From IMG/VR virus record IMGVR_UViG_3300035698_014170, positions 1-64,000 of that record: a DNA stretch of 64,000 nt. One strand, written 5' to 3'. Positions 1 to 10,477 of the stretch are shown one piece after another. The notes beneath the pieces are model-generated. The model saw nothing but the letters and a program-made list of their open reading frames with translations, had not been told where the DNA came from and did no database searches. Both the position numbers and the translations under genes were made by a program. This stretch comes from a virus. Position 1 is the stretch's first letter; each line of letters starts with the position of its first letter.

Positions 1-104
1 GAGCATTTAGTCAAAGAGGCTAATAGATTTCACAGGGTAGGCGAAGTCCCTAAATTGAGTAACGAGAAGCCGAAAGAAAATGAATTTCAGAAAGGAGAAT
101 CAGA

Positions 105-407
105 ATGAAATATCTAATCTTAATCCTGTCCTGCCTCTTGTTCCTGTCGGGCTGCGTAGGCGACTATTATCTACACGTCTACACAGACCCAGATGGTATT
201 GAGCATGAGGTCAAGCTCGGCACGTTGCGGGCACATACCAACCTAGAGGCTAGCAATGTAGGTATAGTCCTCCCAGACGGGGCTATATTCGTAGCTGGTG
301 CGTGGAATAAAACTGCTGACCCTAATTCAGCCTTGGCGTGGGGAATGGCATTTAGTGAAATGATTAAGGCTTGGAACTATTCTGGCGTATTGAGAGGCGG
401 TATATAG
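105..407 (+). CDS. Putative lipoprotein, hypothetical
   Basis: Hydrophobic signal with lipobox LSGC; AGGAG RBS upstream. Confidence 0.6.
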   Translation: MKYLILILSCLLFLSGCVGDYYLHVYTDPDGIEHEVKLGTLRAHTNLEASNVGIVLPDGAIFVAGAWNKTADPNSALAWGMAFSEMIKAWNYSGVLRGGI

Positions 408-740
408 ATGTGTATTAAAGTAATTCAGCATATTAAAGACGATATGGGATGTGCAAACGATTGTCCTATGAAAAACAAAAGTCCTTACAAAATTAGTAAA
501 TGTACTTGCTATAAAAAAGACGTGATAGTTGAAATACTTCGTAGAAGCACTGAGAATGATAATCTGAAAGAAGAGCTAAGTAAAAGGAGGAAGTTTGATA
601 ATGACATAGCCAGATTAGGAATGAGAGCAGTAACAGACAGCACTACGGACGAGGCTGAGGAAAATGGAATCGCAGATAGACTTCGTGGGTTTATAGCCAC
701 GGCAAGGAAATTAGACATTGAATTTAAAGGAGATATGTAA
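408..740 (+). CDS. Hypothetical phage protein
   Basis: ORF abutting neighbours; ENDNLKEEL coiled-coil segment. Confidence 0.6.
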   Translation: MCIKVIQHIKDDMGCANDCPMKNKSPYKISKCTCYKKDVIVEILRRSTENDNLKEELSKRRKFDNDIARLGMRAVTDSTTDEAEENGIADRLRGFIATARKLDIEFKGDM

Positions 741-985
741 TGGCAGAGCAAATAGACAAATTAGCTCATTTTATTATGGCAAATATAGAAGGTGAGCCAT
801 CTAAGAGCGAGGGTGCTGGTGATACTGCAATTAGGATAATCGAGCAACTCCAATCCAAGAATGATAATCTAAAAACCTTATGGAACCAATACGCCGACAA
901 CAAGGGCAGTCAGGTAGCAGGATCATGTTTCCGTGCTATGGACAAGGCTGTTAATCCAGAGACATACAAGAAAGAAGATGAATAA
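740..985 (+). CDS. Hypothetical phage protein
   Basis: TAATG coupling, AAGGAG RBS. Confidence 0.65.
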   Translation: MAEQIDKLAHFIMANIEGEPSKSEGAGDTAIRIIEQLQSKNDNLKTLWNQYADNKGSQVAGSCFRAMDKAVNPETYKKEDE

Positions 986-1172
986 TGAAAATTCGAACAC
1001 TTTTTTATAGATCGAAGTGGTTTGATGGAAAAGTCATAGATAAGGCAAGTGCAGATAATCTTTTACTCGGATTAGCTCAACATCTTAACGACGAGTATTC
1101 TACTTTTTACGAACATAAAACAATTGCAACTATTACAAATGCTTATAAAAAGGTACGAGGATAATATTAAAG

Positions 1173-1379
1173 ATGCACTATAAAATGTTACATGTTTGTA
1201 AAGACGAAGAAACAATTCCTTCCGTTTGTGAATGGGAACATGTACAATGTAGTTTTGCTGAGTTTTGGAATAGAAGTTGTGGAGGCTGTCATTCGTTTAT
1301 TGAAGGAGGTCCGTTCGAAAACGATTATAATTTCTGTCCGAATTGTGGTAAAAAATTAAATTACAAGAAGGAGCAGTAG
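1173..1379 (+). CDS. Small zinc-ribbon protein
   Basis: SCGGC ... YNFCPNCGKKL motif common in phage small proteins. Confidence 0.65.
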   Translation: MHYKMLHVCKDEETIPSVCEWEHVQCSFAEFWNRSCGGCHSFIEGGPFENDYNFCPNCGKKLNYKKEQ

Positions 1380-1380
1380 A

Positions 1381-1566
1381 ATGAATGAGCAAGAGAAAGA
1401 GTTATGGATTGGAACATTTGTTGGCATGCTTTTAATTATTGTGATTTGGATATTGTCAGCAAATGCTGTAGAGAGTTCAAAAATTGAAAAAGGATACTTA
1501 ACGTATAAGAGCGTAACTTATTCGGTAACCCAATATGATACATTAGATAAACCAGAAGGTAAATGA
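1381..1566 (+). CDS. Small membrane protein (paralog of 28993..29181)
   Basis: Single TM helix then KGYLTYKSVTYSVTQYDTL. Confidence 0.6.
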   Translation: MNEQEKELWIGTFVGMLLIIVIWILSANAVESSKIEKGYLTYKSVTYSVTQYDTLDKPEGK

Positions 1567-2090
1567 TGCTATGTAAATTAAGATTTTATAATGCTATACA
1601 AGCGTTAGAATACGGCAAGAAACTGAATTTTTCCGATCAAATTATTTTTGCTGTAAGTAATCCTCTTACTCATTCAGAGTGGGAGTTTTCGGAACGTTAC
1701 GATAAGAAAAGTTTTTCTGCTACCATGCGTGACGGAGTAGACTGTTGTAGGTTTACAACTATTGATTACACTTTGCATCCTGAGCGATGGACAACTATCT
1801 TGATGTACTTCACAGATGAAGAGGAAGATAGGGCTTGGGATAAGGCGTTAGAATTAGAAGGCAAGAAGTACGATAAACTAGGTGTTCTTAGTCTTATGCA
1901 TAAAGACAATAAAACATTTCTTATCAAACCTAATCCTAATATGTATTGGTGTAGTGAGACTGGAGGAGAGTTATTTGCTGCTGCGAAGAATCTATTTTGT
2001 ACTGGTTGGTTTATTCCAGACACAATGACACCTAATGATTTGTTCTTCGCAGTTTATTCGTTTTTGAAAATAGGAATACAGGAAATTTAA
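1563..2090 (+). CDS. Permuted papain-like NlpC/P60 (YiiX/YebB-type) amidase/peptidase
   Basis: Early His (THSE), GKKYD motif and late YWCSE catalytic Cys in permuted order. Confidence 0.7.
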   Translation: MMLCKLRFYNAIQALEYGKKLNFSDQIIFAVSNPLTHSEWEFSERYDKKSFSATMRDGVDCCRFTTIDYTLHPERWTTILMYFTDEEEDRAWDKALELEGKKYDKLGVLSLMHKDNKTFLIKPNPNMYWCSETGGELFAAAKNLFCTGWFIPDTMTPNDLFFAVYSFLKIGIQEI

Positions 2091-2106
2091 TTTAAGGAGA
2101 TGTAGT

Positions 2107-2770
2107 ATGTCACATTTTACTGTTTTAGTATTGAAGAATATTATAAAATACGGAGTTAGTAATATAAGTGAAGCAGAAGGCGACAGGGTTGTAACCAGTT
2201 TAATGGTAATTTTAGAAGATATCGAAACAAAAAACGTAGAAATGAAAAGATTAGAAGATTGGATAAGAGTAAAAATAGCGTCTTCTTGTATTGATGATAA
2301 TATATGTGGTGCAGATTGCGGAACTTGTCCAGTACTTAATAAACGATTAGACGATATTAAAAAAGGATGTAAATCAAAAGGCTGATATTAAATTAGAAAC
2401 AAATAATTGGGTTCGATGTGACGATGCTGTTAATACGCCTTTACAAAAAGGTAAGCTATATCAGATAATCAAAACGTGCGATAATAGTAGGACAGTACAA
2501 TTAAAAGGCTCCAGTTGGTTTGCTATGTATCGATTTAGTTATGTTAAGCTGTCCGAAATGAAATTTGACGAACTTAACGATTGTTGTTGTTCAGAAGAAG
2601 AGAAATTAAAGAAACAAATCAAGTTGCTTAAAGCAGATAACGATACGTTAAAAGAAGCTTTAGGTAGTATAATAGACGAAGAGTACGGTTTAATGTCTTT
2701 TTGTGATTCTAATGTAAAATCTGATATCTTAGAAACAGCAGAGAAGGCCCTAGAGACAGTAGTTTTATAG
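2107..2770 (+). CDS. Hypothetical protein, probably one gene split by an indel at A6 2359-2364; middle part paralogous to 5104..5421
   Basis: Frame of 2525 ORF is open back to about 2351 without a start codon and reads WVRCDDAVNTPLQKGKLYQI, similar to VKCLDATNVLLTLTKGQLYEV. Confidence 0.5.
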
Positions 2771-2902
2771 ATAGTCGATTTGAAAATTAGTTTCTTATAT
2801 TTCAGTAGATACTATTTATATATATAATGTACGCAAGAATACTATATACAGAGTTTGTTCTGTTTTTAACATTTAAGGTTTAGAACTAAAAACAAAGGTT
2901 TT

Positions 2903-4858
2903 ATGGACAATAAAAAGAACGAATTATCTTTATTAAACAAATTATTCCCAGCTCCTTCTACAATAAGCACAGATTCATTTTCTACATTATCTACTGGCGA
3001 CGGCCTTAGATCTTTATCAGACGACGAACGTATGCTATTACGTAAATCGGGTATAACAAATAAAGATTTACAGTTAGCTGTACAAAGAGAACTTGAAGTA
3101 AATTATGATAGGGCTATAATTTATAAGGATGTGGATAGAGCTAGAGAGCACTGGATGATGAGCAGTGCATTATCACTCTTTGCAGATACATGTTCTGGGT
3201 TAAACTCTTTACAAAATGCTTCTGCTTGGATAACAAGTGATTCTACAAAGTACGTAAACGAACTTACTAAGCTTTTTGATAGAATCGGAGTAGAGGAAAA
3301 GATATATGATTGGACTTGGTCTACTGCTCTTTATGGAGATTTGTTTCCTAAGATAGAAGGACGTCCAGGTTACGGTGTTATATCAGTAGATGATAAGAGC
3401 CATCCTATTAATATGTCCCGAATAGATGTAAACGGAGTACTAATAGGATTTTTTGATTCATCTCTTGGTGGTGGTAATCAATCTTCTGTTCAAATCGTTC
3501 CCCCGTGGGAGTACGTACATTTCCGTCTTCTTGGTGCTAAAAGAAGGCGTCCTACATCTAATGACCCCAATTACCAAGAATACAGATCTGTTCATCTAAT
3601 GACCCATGATACCAGACAAGCCAGTGATTGTTACGGAGCATCAGTTCTTATAGATGGTATACCTGTTTGGAAAAGATTAAGATTAGCAGAAGACAGTATC
3701 CTACTTACTAGGCTAACAAGAGGTCTTATGAGATACATTTATAAGATCAAAGTAGATAGCTGGGAATCAGAATCAGTGGCTGAGTTAATGGACGAATATG
3801 TAACTATTTTAAAAAGAGCTAGAGCTATTTCTACCGACGAAGACAATCCAGATTACTCTAGCAAGTTTGGTATTATGAGCAGCTTGGAAGATCTGATACT
3901 TCCTGTTTGGGGAGACCAAGGTGATATAACTATTGATAAGATAGGCGGCGATCCAGATATTCGTTGGATCGTAGACATTGATAAACTAGAAGAGCAGCTG
4001 GCTATGGCATTGAGAGTACCATTAGCACTGTTAGGCGGGAGTGCAGACGATGCTACCGGTGCGCTTGGTTCTGAGTCTATATCTAAATTAGACATCCAAT
4101 TCAGTAAGACATCGAAAAGACTTCAAAGAGCTATAAAAGAAGGTCTTACAAGGATTTGCCAAATACATCTAGCTTATATGGGAATGGATCCAGATTCCAA
4201 GTTATTCGAAGTCCATCTAAACGAAACATCGTCCGCAGAAGAAGAGCAATTAAAAGACACACTTGATACAGGTGCAGACATTATCGATAAGTATATGGAC
4301 ATGTTTAATAGGATGCAAGAGAACAATCCTCTTATGGAATTTGATCAAATTGAATTCTTTAACTACATGAATCAAAAGATACTTAAGTTGAATGATCTTG
4401 ATATAAATGATTATATTACAATTAAAGAAGTTGCAGAGCCAGTTCGAGAAGTCGAACCAGCAGATATAGGACCTGCTACAGGAATGGGCGGAGAAGATCT
4501 TCCAGAACTAGAACCAGCAGGCAAAGAAGGAACAGAAGAAGCAGAAGCACTTCCTTCGAATATGGCTCCTCCAACAGAACTTCCAGTAGAACGAAAGAGT
4601 CGTAATAAGAGTACAAAGTCAATTATTTCAGAGTATCTTAAGAAACAAGACGAGGAAAAGGATAAGTTATTAAAAAGACAACCTGTTATGAATCTTGATC
4701 TAACTGCTGCTCTACCTATTAAGAACTCTTATTCAAAGGGTATAATGAATGAGAGCACTTGGACAGATCTTTATGGACATGCAAAAGTAAAAGTAGTTAT
4801 TAATGAAAAGTTGCATGAAGACGAGAACAAAGGTAGTATAATAAAGATAAAGGATTAA
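2903..4858 (+). CDS. Portal protein, T4 gp20-like
   Basis: PWEYVHFRL, YGASVL, WKRLRLAEDSILLTRLTR..RYIYKIKV, EDLILPV, ALRVP motifs; acidic C-terminal extension. Confidence 0.9.
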   Translation: MDNKKNELSLLNKLFPAPSTISTDSFSTLSTGDGLRSLSDDERMLLRKSGITNKDLQLAVQRELEVNYDRAIIYKDVDRAREHWMMSSALSLFADTCSGLNSLQNASAWITSDSTKYVNELTKLFDRIGVEEKIYDWTWSTALYGDLFPKIEGRPGYGVISVDDKSHPINMSRIDVNGVLIGFFDSSLGGGNQSSVQIVPPWEYVHFRLLGAKRRRPTSNDPNYQEYRSVHLMTHDTRQASDCYGASVLIDGIPVWKRLRLAEDSILLTRLTRGLMRYIYKIKVDSWESESVAELMDEYVTILKRARAISTDEDNPDYSSKFGIMSSLEDLILPVWGDQGDITIDKIGGDPDIRWIVDIDKLEEQLAMALRVPLALLGGSADDATGALGSESISKLDIQFSKTSKRLQRAIKEGLTRICQIHLAYMGMDPDSKLFEVHLNETSSAEEEQLKDTLDTGADIIDKYMDMFNRMQENNPLMEFDQIEFFNYMNQKILKLNDLDINDYITIKEVAEPVREVEPADIGPATGMGGEDLPELEPAGKEGTEEAEALPSNMAPPTELPVERKSRNKSTKSIISEYLKKQDEEKDKLLKRQPVMNLDLTAALPIKNSYSKGIMNESTWTDLYGHAKVKVVINEKLHEDENKGSIIKIKD

Positions 4859-4887
4859 AAATAAAGGATTAAAAGGATTAAAAAGAT
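4811..4887 (+). promoter_or_regulatory. Putative promoter/leader (AGTATAATAAAG + repeated AAAGGATTAAAA RBS) overlapping the portal 3' end
   Basis: TATAAT at 4837-4842 followed by three AAAGGATTAAAA copies before ATG; same pattern at 5062-5106. Confidence 0.5.
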
Positions 4888-5103
4888 GTATAAAGTAATA
4901 AGTTGGTTTGTTATTTTAGTTCCTGGTTGTTTAGCACTAGCTATTGGAGTATTTGTAATTTCAGTTTGTTTGCATCATGGTATTTGTTTGATACGTGGCA
5001 AAGAGGATTTATGGTTAGATAAATGGTAAACGTTTTTACACATACTTTTAAATTATAAGTTAGTATAATAAAGATAAAAGAATTAAATTTAAAGGATTAG
5101 AAG

Positions 5104-5421
5104 ATGTCAGATAACAAAAGATTAATAGTAAAGTGTTTGGATGCTACTAATGTATTGCTTACATTAACAAAAGGACAATTGTACGAAGTATCTGAAATGA
5201 ATGCTTACGAGCTTAAAGTTGTAGGCTGTGATTTTTGGTATTCGAGATCAAGGTTTGCGTGGTTAGATAATTCGGACATATTAACAATTAAACAAATGCT
5301 TGATCAAGTTACCGAACAGCGAGATAGTTTACTTAGTGCTCTTAAAAAAATTACTGCTACTACGACGAAAGTCATTGAGAAGATAACCGATTCGAATGAT
5401 ATGATTGAGAGCAATAGTTAA
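5104..5421 (+). CDS. Hypothetical protein (LTKGQLYEV small beta-domain + coiled coil)
   Basis: RBS AAAGGA; paralogous segment upstream of 2525. Confidence 0.6.
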   Translation: MSDNKRLIVKCLDATNVLLTLTKGQLYEVSEMNAYELKVVGCDFWYSRSRFAWLDNSDILTIKQMLDQVTEQRDSLLSALKKITATTTKVIEKITDSNDMIESNS

Positions 5422-5446
5422 AATGTTAAGAAAAATAAAAAAGTTC

Positions 5447-5519
5447 TTGATTTTTTCTTTTAATCGTGTATAATAAGGGAGTAGGCAAAAGTTAATAATT
5501 TTAGAAAGGATTGAAAATG
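5447..5519 (+). promoter_or_regulatory. Sigma70-like promoter plus conserved leader
   Basis: TTGATT-N16-TATAAT preceded by A-tract, then AAAAGTTAATAATTTTAGAAAGGATTGAAAATG, nearly identical to 27178-27211. Confidence 0.65.
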
Positions 5520-5735
5520 TGCGGACCTAATTATTTAAATGAATGTAAAGAATGTGAAAATTGTCCTGCAAAGGGAAAAAGGAAACGTGTTGGCGAAGGT
5601 GCTAAGTATAAGTTTAAATGCAATAGAGGCGTATTAAAGCCAGTAGCAGGTCCAAAGGAATCTTGTTATATGTACAAATTTTTAGACGAAGATGGCAAGC
5701 TCCATTACAACGATTTAGGACAGCTAGTCAAATAA
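5517..5735 (+). CDS. Cys-rich hypothetical protein
   Basis: ATG at 5517 after AAAGGA. Confidence 0.55.
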   Translation: MCGPNYLNECKECENCPAKGKRKRVGEGAKYKFKCNRGVLKPVAGPKESCYMYKFLDEDGKLHYNDLGQLVK

Positions 5736-5969
5736 GGTAAAGTAAGTGGAAGATTCTACAACAGAATGTGTATTAGAATACGGTAAAAGCTATCGTAAGT
5801 GTTTTGATACTAGAGAACAATTTGATAAGTTTATGTCAATACATCAGTGTGGCGGAATTCTTTCTACTTCTGAAGGACGTTTTACAATAAACGAAGGAAA
5901 GATAGTGAAAAGTCAGTATAATAAAGGAAAAGATTAGAAGATGAAAACAGGCAAGATAGGAATAACAAA

Positions 5970-6251
5970 ATGGAAATAGGTAAAGATACAATTGTAACTA
6001 AAAAGTCGTCCGAAGCACTTTTATTAGACTCTAAAAAGAAGAAGATGAACGAAGACAAAACAGAAGAAATATTTAAACCTTCGACAATTGATCAAGTAGA
6101 GATGTTGTTGAAAAGAGCTTCAGGCAATTCAGGATTGGACACTAGGTCAAAGAAGTCACTTATGCTAGAAGCACTTGACATAATTTCGAAGTCTAGAAGC
6201 AAAGAGAAGAAAGCTGTAAAGGTACAGAGTAAAGATGCACTTATTATTTAG
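5970..6251 (+). CDS. Hypothetical protein
   Basis: ORF track, co-directional. Confidence 0.5.
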   Translation: MEIGKDTIVTKKSSEALLLDSKKKKMNEDKTEEIFKPSTIDQVEMLLKRASGNSGLDTRSKKSLMLEALDIISKSRSKEKKAVKVQSKDALII

Positions 6252-6275
6252 TGAATTCGTTTAAAGGATAAGGAA

Positions 6276-6616
6276 ATGGATAAAAAGAAAGATAGGCATC
6301 AAGCTGTGAATTCCGTTTACAAAGAAGTTTACGGAAAAGGAAAACCGGAAACGTATGTTCCTGCTATTGAAATAGATGTCAAAGGAAAAGTATGCTCTGG
6401 TAAATCAACTATTTGTGAGTTTATTAAAAAGCTTTAGAAGAAGGCGGCTTTACTAATATTGAAGTTCGAGGCGAAGAAGAGAACAGAGTGTCGTTTGGTT
6501 TCAGTTACGAAAATAGAATGAAATGTTTTAATAAAGATATAAGTATCAAACTTACTACGAAGCAGTTACCTCTTCATACAGTAGAAGAGATAGACGATTA
6601 CTATGTACATGTGTAA
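6276..6616 (+). pseudogene. P-loop-containing small protein, frameshifted at A5 6426-6430 (probable sequencing error)
   Basis: IDVKGKVCSGKST Walker A; adding one A gives IKKALEEGGFTNIEV... to stop at 6616. Confidence 0.6.
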
Positions 6617-6627
6617 GGAATTAACTA

Positions 6628-7026
6628 ATGATATTCGAATTTAACTGGAATTGGTTCGAAGACTATTGTCCTAACTTATTTGAACATCCTGATAAGACAG
6701 CAGAAGAGTTCGAAGTTGATTGTAAAAAAGCTTTAAGAGAATGCTTTGATGAATATATGAAAGATCAAGATGCTTGGGTAGGTGTAAATGATTGGGTAGA
6801 ATTTGCTTGTGGCACTCTTAAAAGTTATGGATATATACCAGTTGTAACAGTTTCGTACGGATTGTTCGGCGGATACATAGTAGACAAACATTCTAAAGAT
6901 AGTAAATTGTTAAGAGATTTTCCAGAAGAAATTCAAAAGATGGTTAAACATAATGAAGCATACAGAAAGATACATGATGTTAAATATTGTGTGGAATATA
7001 ATGATGCTAAATACAGCACGGAGTAA
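6628..7026 (+). CDS. Hypothetical protein
   Basis: AAGGA RBS, 132 aa. Confidence 0.6.
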   Translation: MIFEFNWNWFEDYCPNLFEHPDKTAEEFEVDCKKALRECFDEYMKDQDAWVGVNDWVEFACGTLKSYGYIPVVTVSYGLFGGYIVDKHSKDSKLLRDFPEEIQKMVKHNEAYRKIHDVKYCVEYNDAKYSTE

Positions 7027-7030
7027 GAAG

Positions 7031-7618
7031 ATGTTCAATAAGCTATTTGGAATACTTAATGAAGTTGATTTGTCTGATACTTCTAAGGTTGCTCATTTTT
7101 TAGACAGGACGAATAATCATATTAATCTTGTTAAGCAGGCAGCACTTAGGATAGTAGAGACTTATCCAGAATACGCAGAGTTGCTTAGTCAAGTAGATAC
7201 ACACGACTCTTCTAAATTTAAAGAACCTGAGAAGACTCCTTACGTAGAATTGACATGGCAGAAGAAGATTGGTAAAGGTAAGAATCCTAACGTTACTGGA
7301 AATGAAGATATAACGAACGCAACTCTCCATCATATTAAATATAATAAGCATCATCCTGAATATTGGTTAGAAGATAAGACCAAAGCTAATCTTAATAGTA
7401 CGAATAGAGACGAATCGATCGAATGTGTTGATGCGACTAATATGCCCACAATATCAATAGCAGAGATGGTTAGCGATTGGCAGGCGATGTCAGAAGAGTT
7501 AGGTACGAACACAGCTAGAGAATGGTACGACGGTGTAAAGGATGTCCGTTGGCATTTCAGTGAAGAACAGAATCAACTTATCGATAAGCTACTGACAGTA
7601 TTCGAAGAAGCTAATTAA
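7031..7618 (+). CDS. HD-like hydrolase (DUF5662-like) with N-terminal leader ending LNE
   Basis: H..LV, HDSSKF, HHIKYNKHHPEYW, MP....EMVSDWQAMS motifs; likely start 7031 (MFNKLFGILNE). Confidence 0.7.
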   Translation: MFNKLFGILNEVDLSDTSKVAHFLDRTNNHINLVKQAALRIVETYPEYAELLSQVDTHDSSKFKEPEKTPYVELTWQKKIGKGKNPNVTGNEDITNATLHHIKYNKHHPEYWLEDKTKANLNSTNRDESIECVDATNMPTISIAEMVSDWQAMSEELGTNTAREWYDGVKDVRWHFSEEQNQLIDKLLTVFEEAN

Positions 7619-7785
7619 AAAGAAAAGGAAAAGAAAATGGACGAAGAAAAAGATCTTATTACAATGTTAAGAGAATGTTATGAATCAGCATTGGCAAACC
7701 AGGCTATTGATTTAGCTGTTGAAATTGCTCTTAAGATACATGAGATAGGAAGCTAGAAGGAATTTTTAAATCTAGTAAAAAGAAA

Positions 7786-8121
7786 ATGGAAAAGCATAAA
7801 CTCGATTGTACGTGTACTTATTGTAGAGGAAAAGATAAGTTACATTTTGGTCTTAACATTCCTATTCATTGGAATAGCTGGAATGCATGGTATGTGATTA
7901 AAGTATGGAGAGGCTGTTATATTCGTTGGACAAACAGTTGGTTTAAAAAGGTTGGAATAGATCGAAGGACTGGACTGGAAAATAAAAAGTATGATTGCCC
8001 GTGTTTAGAGATAGCAGGGATGTTGAATTTTACAAGTAAAGGAAAACCGATACAAGATTGTTGTATATGTAAAGGAACTGGTTATGTTCCTGATAGTAAA
8101 AATATGAGCTTAAAAATTTAA
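7786..8121 (+). CDS. Cys-rich hypothetical protein with CxxCKGTG motif
   Basis: CTYC and CCICKGTG. Confidence 0.5.
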   Translation: MEKHKLDCTCTYCRGKDKLHFGLNIPIHWNSWNAWYVIKVWRGCYIRWTNSWFKKVGIDRRTGLENKKYDCPCLEIAGMLNFTSKGKPIQDCCICKGTGYVPDSKNMSLKI

Positions 8122-8130
8122 AGGACGAAA

Positions 8131-8574
8131 ATGAAAAAGCTTAATTTTGATGATCTGAATAAAAGTGAATTCCAAACAGTAGTAGAAAAGATCAACGAGA
8201 TAGTTGATCGGGTGACCGAATTTGAAAAAAGGATATTCAAATACTACATAGAGCCAGACGCAGACTTAGAAGCCAATCTTATCGAAGTTTTAGGATTAGA
8301 AAAACAAGACGATAAGGAAACAAAAGAAGAACATGAGTTTTGTAATCTTATAGCAAAAGTTAAAGTTTTCGATGTAACAATGAAAAGATTTATGTGCATG
8401 AAGTGTGGTAAGCCTGCAACAGGTAGAGCAAGTATTAATACTACAAATCCTGAAGTATTGCGTTGGTTTAGTCCAAGTGGATGTCCTATAGATAATAGAT
8501 CATTTCCTTTATGTGATGCTTGTGCTAAGGAAGTAGAGAAAATAGCCGACGGAAATATTAAGGATAAGGAATAA
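8131..8574 (+). CDS. Hypothetical zinc-finger protein
   Basis: CMKCGKPA ... LCDAC. Confidence 0.55.
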   Translation: MKKLNFDDLNKSEFQTVVEKINEIVDRVTEFEKRIFKYYIEPDADLEANLIEVLGLEKQDDKETKEEHEFCNLIAKVKVFDVTMKRFMCMKCGKPATGRASINTTNPEVLRWFSPSGCPIDNRSFPLCDACAKEVEKIADGNIKDKE

Positions 8575-8578
8575 AATA

Positions 8579-8842
8579 ATGGAAGTATTAGGAGAAATTA
8601 CGTCCGGAGTAGCAGCAGAGTTAAATGGCAAATATTGGGGATGTCAGTACGAAGATGGCTACAGTCGTACTTATGGTTTTGGTCCTATAGATAATGCTAA
8701 GATTAGTGTCCCTGAGTTTTGTACTAAACCAGAAGCTATGACTTACGATACAGATTTTAGAAGAAAAGAGTTAGCTAAAGCAACTTTAGTACGTATTTCT
8801 AGAGTAGCTCATTTTAATGTGGAAGAAATTAAAGATGACTGA
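8579..8842 (+). CDS. Hypothetical protein
   Basis: RBS and coupling to neighbours. Confidence 0.55.
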   Translation: MEVLGEITSGVAAELNGKYWGCQYEDGYSRTYGFGPIDNAKISVPEFCTKPEAMTYDTDFRRKELAKATLVRISRVAHFNVEEIKDD

Positions 8843-8994
8843 TAACGATGAAATAACTTTAAAGCATATGACTGTAGAGCAATATAAAAATAGTATTTGT
8901 ACTCCTATTAAATCGGGAATGCAATTCAGTGAAGTAAATATCGATACGACAAAAGAACTTAATATGGAAGCTGCACTTACTGGGAGATCACATC

Positions 8995-9549
8995 GTGGCA
9001 GATGATAGTACTAGAAATGAAGCTATGAACTTTCTCCTTAAGGAAGGTTCTTCTACAACTAAAACTACGAAGAAGGAAGAGGCTCCTTCATATACATTAT
9101 ACGAAGACAAAGAAGATAATTCTCAGGAAAATAAAAAAGATTCACTTATTGAGAAGTTAGCAGCATTAGAACATGACCAGTGGATGGAATGGGCTAAGTC
9201 AATTATGAAGTCAGAAAAGTTATCTGCTGATCGAATAGCTCGCTGGGAAAAAGAATGTTTTATGCCTTACGAAGATCTATCTGAAGAGATGAAAGAATTC
9301 GATAGGGAATGGGCGTATAAGGTAGTTGACATTACGGGCAATACAAATAGCCCCGATGTACAAGAACACTCAGTACACGCAGAGTACGAGCCCCTTAAGG
9401 GTAGTATAAATGAAGACTTACCAGACCTAACTAACGCTTTTGAAGAAGTAATTGATAAGAAGACAAAAGATTGTTCCGAAGAGATTGAAGTTGTTCGTGA
9501 ACGTTATACAAGCAACATTAGATTTGATATAATAGAAGGAATGTTTTAG
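8995..9549 (+). CDS. RyR-like domain protein with acidic linkers
   Basis: LAALEHDQW ... PYEDLSEEMKEFDR matches the RyR repeat pattern. Confidence 0.6.
   Translation: MADDSTRNEAMNFLLKEGSSTTKTTKKEEAPSYTLYEDKEDNSQENKKDSLIEKLAALEHDQWMEWAKSIMKSEKLSADRIARWEKECFMPYEDLSEEMKEFDREWAYKVVDITGNTNSPDVQEHSVHAEYEPLKGSINEDLPDLTNAFEEVIDKKTKDCSEEIEVVRERYTSNIRFDIIEGMF
9337..9398 (+). repeat. Dispersed ~62-bp element, copy 1 (in frame in CDS, most diverged)
   Basis: Gapless alignment to copies at 15300, 22522, 29547, 40498, 56921. Confidence 0.6.
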
Positions 9550-9929
9550 TGATTGACTTTGATATATTTAACAGATTAACAGAAGCAGAAAAATGCTTTA
9601 AAGATACTAGATATGATTATCTTTTTCCGGCAATAGAAGGTTGTGTAGAAGCAGGACAATATGATGAGGCAGGAAGAATGCTAGACCGTTTCCCTACTAA
9701 AAAAGAACTTCTTGACACTCTTACTGAGAAGCTTGTAAATAAATCTGTTTATAAGACATTTTAAAGAATATCTGAAAACAAATACAGTGACGATACTGGT
9801 ATGTTAAAAGGGTTTAGTAGTCTTTTAACACATGCAGCAATAGAGGTAGAAAAAGGTAATAAAGAATATAGAGCTCTTTATCCTTTAATCTATGAAAGAA
9901 TAGGAAAAATATTATATAGGAGCAAATAA
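9549..9929 (+). CDS. Hypothetical head-associated protein; in-frame TAA at 9762-9764 (probable error)
   Basis: Frame continues RISENKYSDD... to TAA overlapping next ATG at 9929. Confidence 0.55.
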
Positions 9930-10450
9930 TGAGTACTGATTTACAAGACGCAGTTGATTTTATTAACAGTGAATTGAATAACGAAGGTGTTGTATCAAAC
10001 ACAGACGAAGATTCCGAAGAAGTAGCTATTAAGAAGTTGACGGAGAAGGGTAAAGTAAAAGAAGATTTAGATATAGAGAGAGGCAAAGAAGAAGAACAAG
10101 ATTTTGTAGAACAGGATTCAGATATAGAAAGAGGTAACGAAGTTTCTGAATTAGACAGTTATATTAATAAAGAAGCTCTTCGTATAGCTTCAACTATAAC
10201 TAGAAAAAATTTAGTAGATATAATTACGAATATGCTAAAATTATCTATTGAAGGTATATATGTAAACGGCGGAGGTCTTGCAGATGTACTTAACACAGCA
10301 GAGGAAATAGTACAAGCGTCAGGTTGGGCAATAGATGAAATGGAGGATTCTTGGGATGAAATTAAAGACGAAATGGAATCAACGTTGCTAGGCGACGGAA
10401 ATGATAATGACGACGAAACTTACGAATCTAAGAAAACAACTAAAAAATAA
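9929..10450 (+). CDS. Acidic prohead core-like protein
   Basis: Highly acidic; shares EGxVSNTDEDSEEVAIKKLTE with 12986 ORF. Confidence 0.55.
   Translation: MSTDLQDAVDFINSELNNEGVVSNTDEDSEEVAIKKLTEKGKVKEDLDIERGKEEEQDFVEQDSDIERGNEVSELDSYINKEALRIASTITRKNLVDIITNMLKLSIEGIYVNGGGLADVLNTAEEIVQASGWAIDEMEDSWDEIKDEMESTLLGDGNDNDDETYESKKTTKK
9983..10045 (+). repeat. 63-nt direct repeat, copy 1 (copy 2 at 13064-13126)
   Basis: Near-identical DNA with mostly synonymous differences. Confidence 0.9.
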
Positions 10451-10477
10451 CTAGAATAATTATAAATAGGGATTCAA

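Noticed and set aside
2692-2755. Seventh copy of the dispersed element
   Set aside because: Only AGAAGGCC matches; palindromic head absent at the required offset
9762-9764. Stop-codon reassignment or readthrough at in-frame TAA
   Set aside because: Isolated case in TTTTAAA context; long genes are intact in the standard code, all three stops terminate genes, no suppressor tRNA seen
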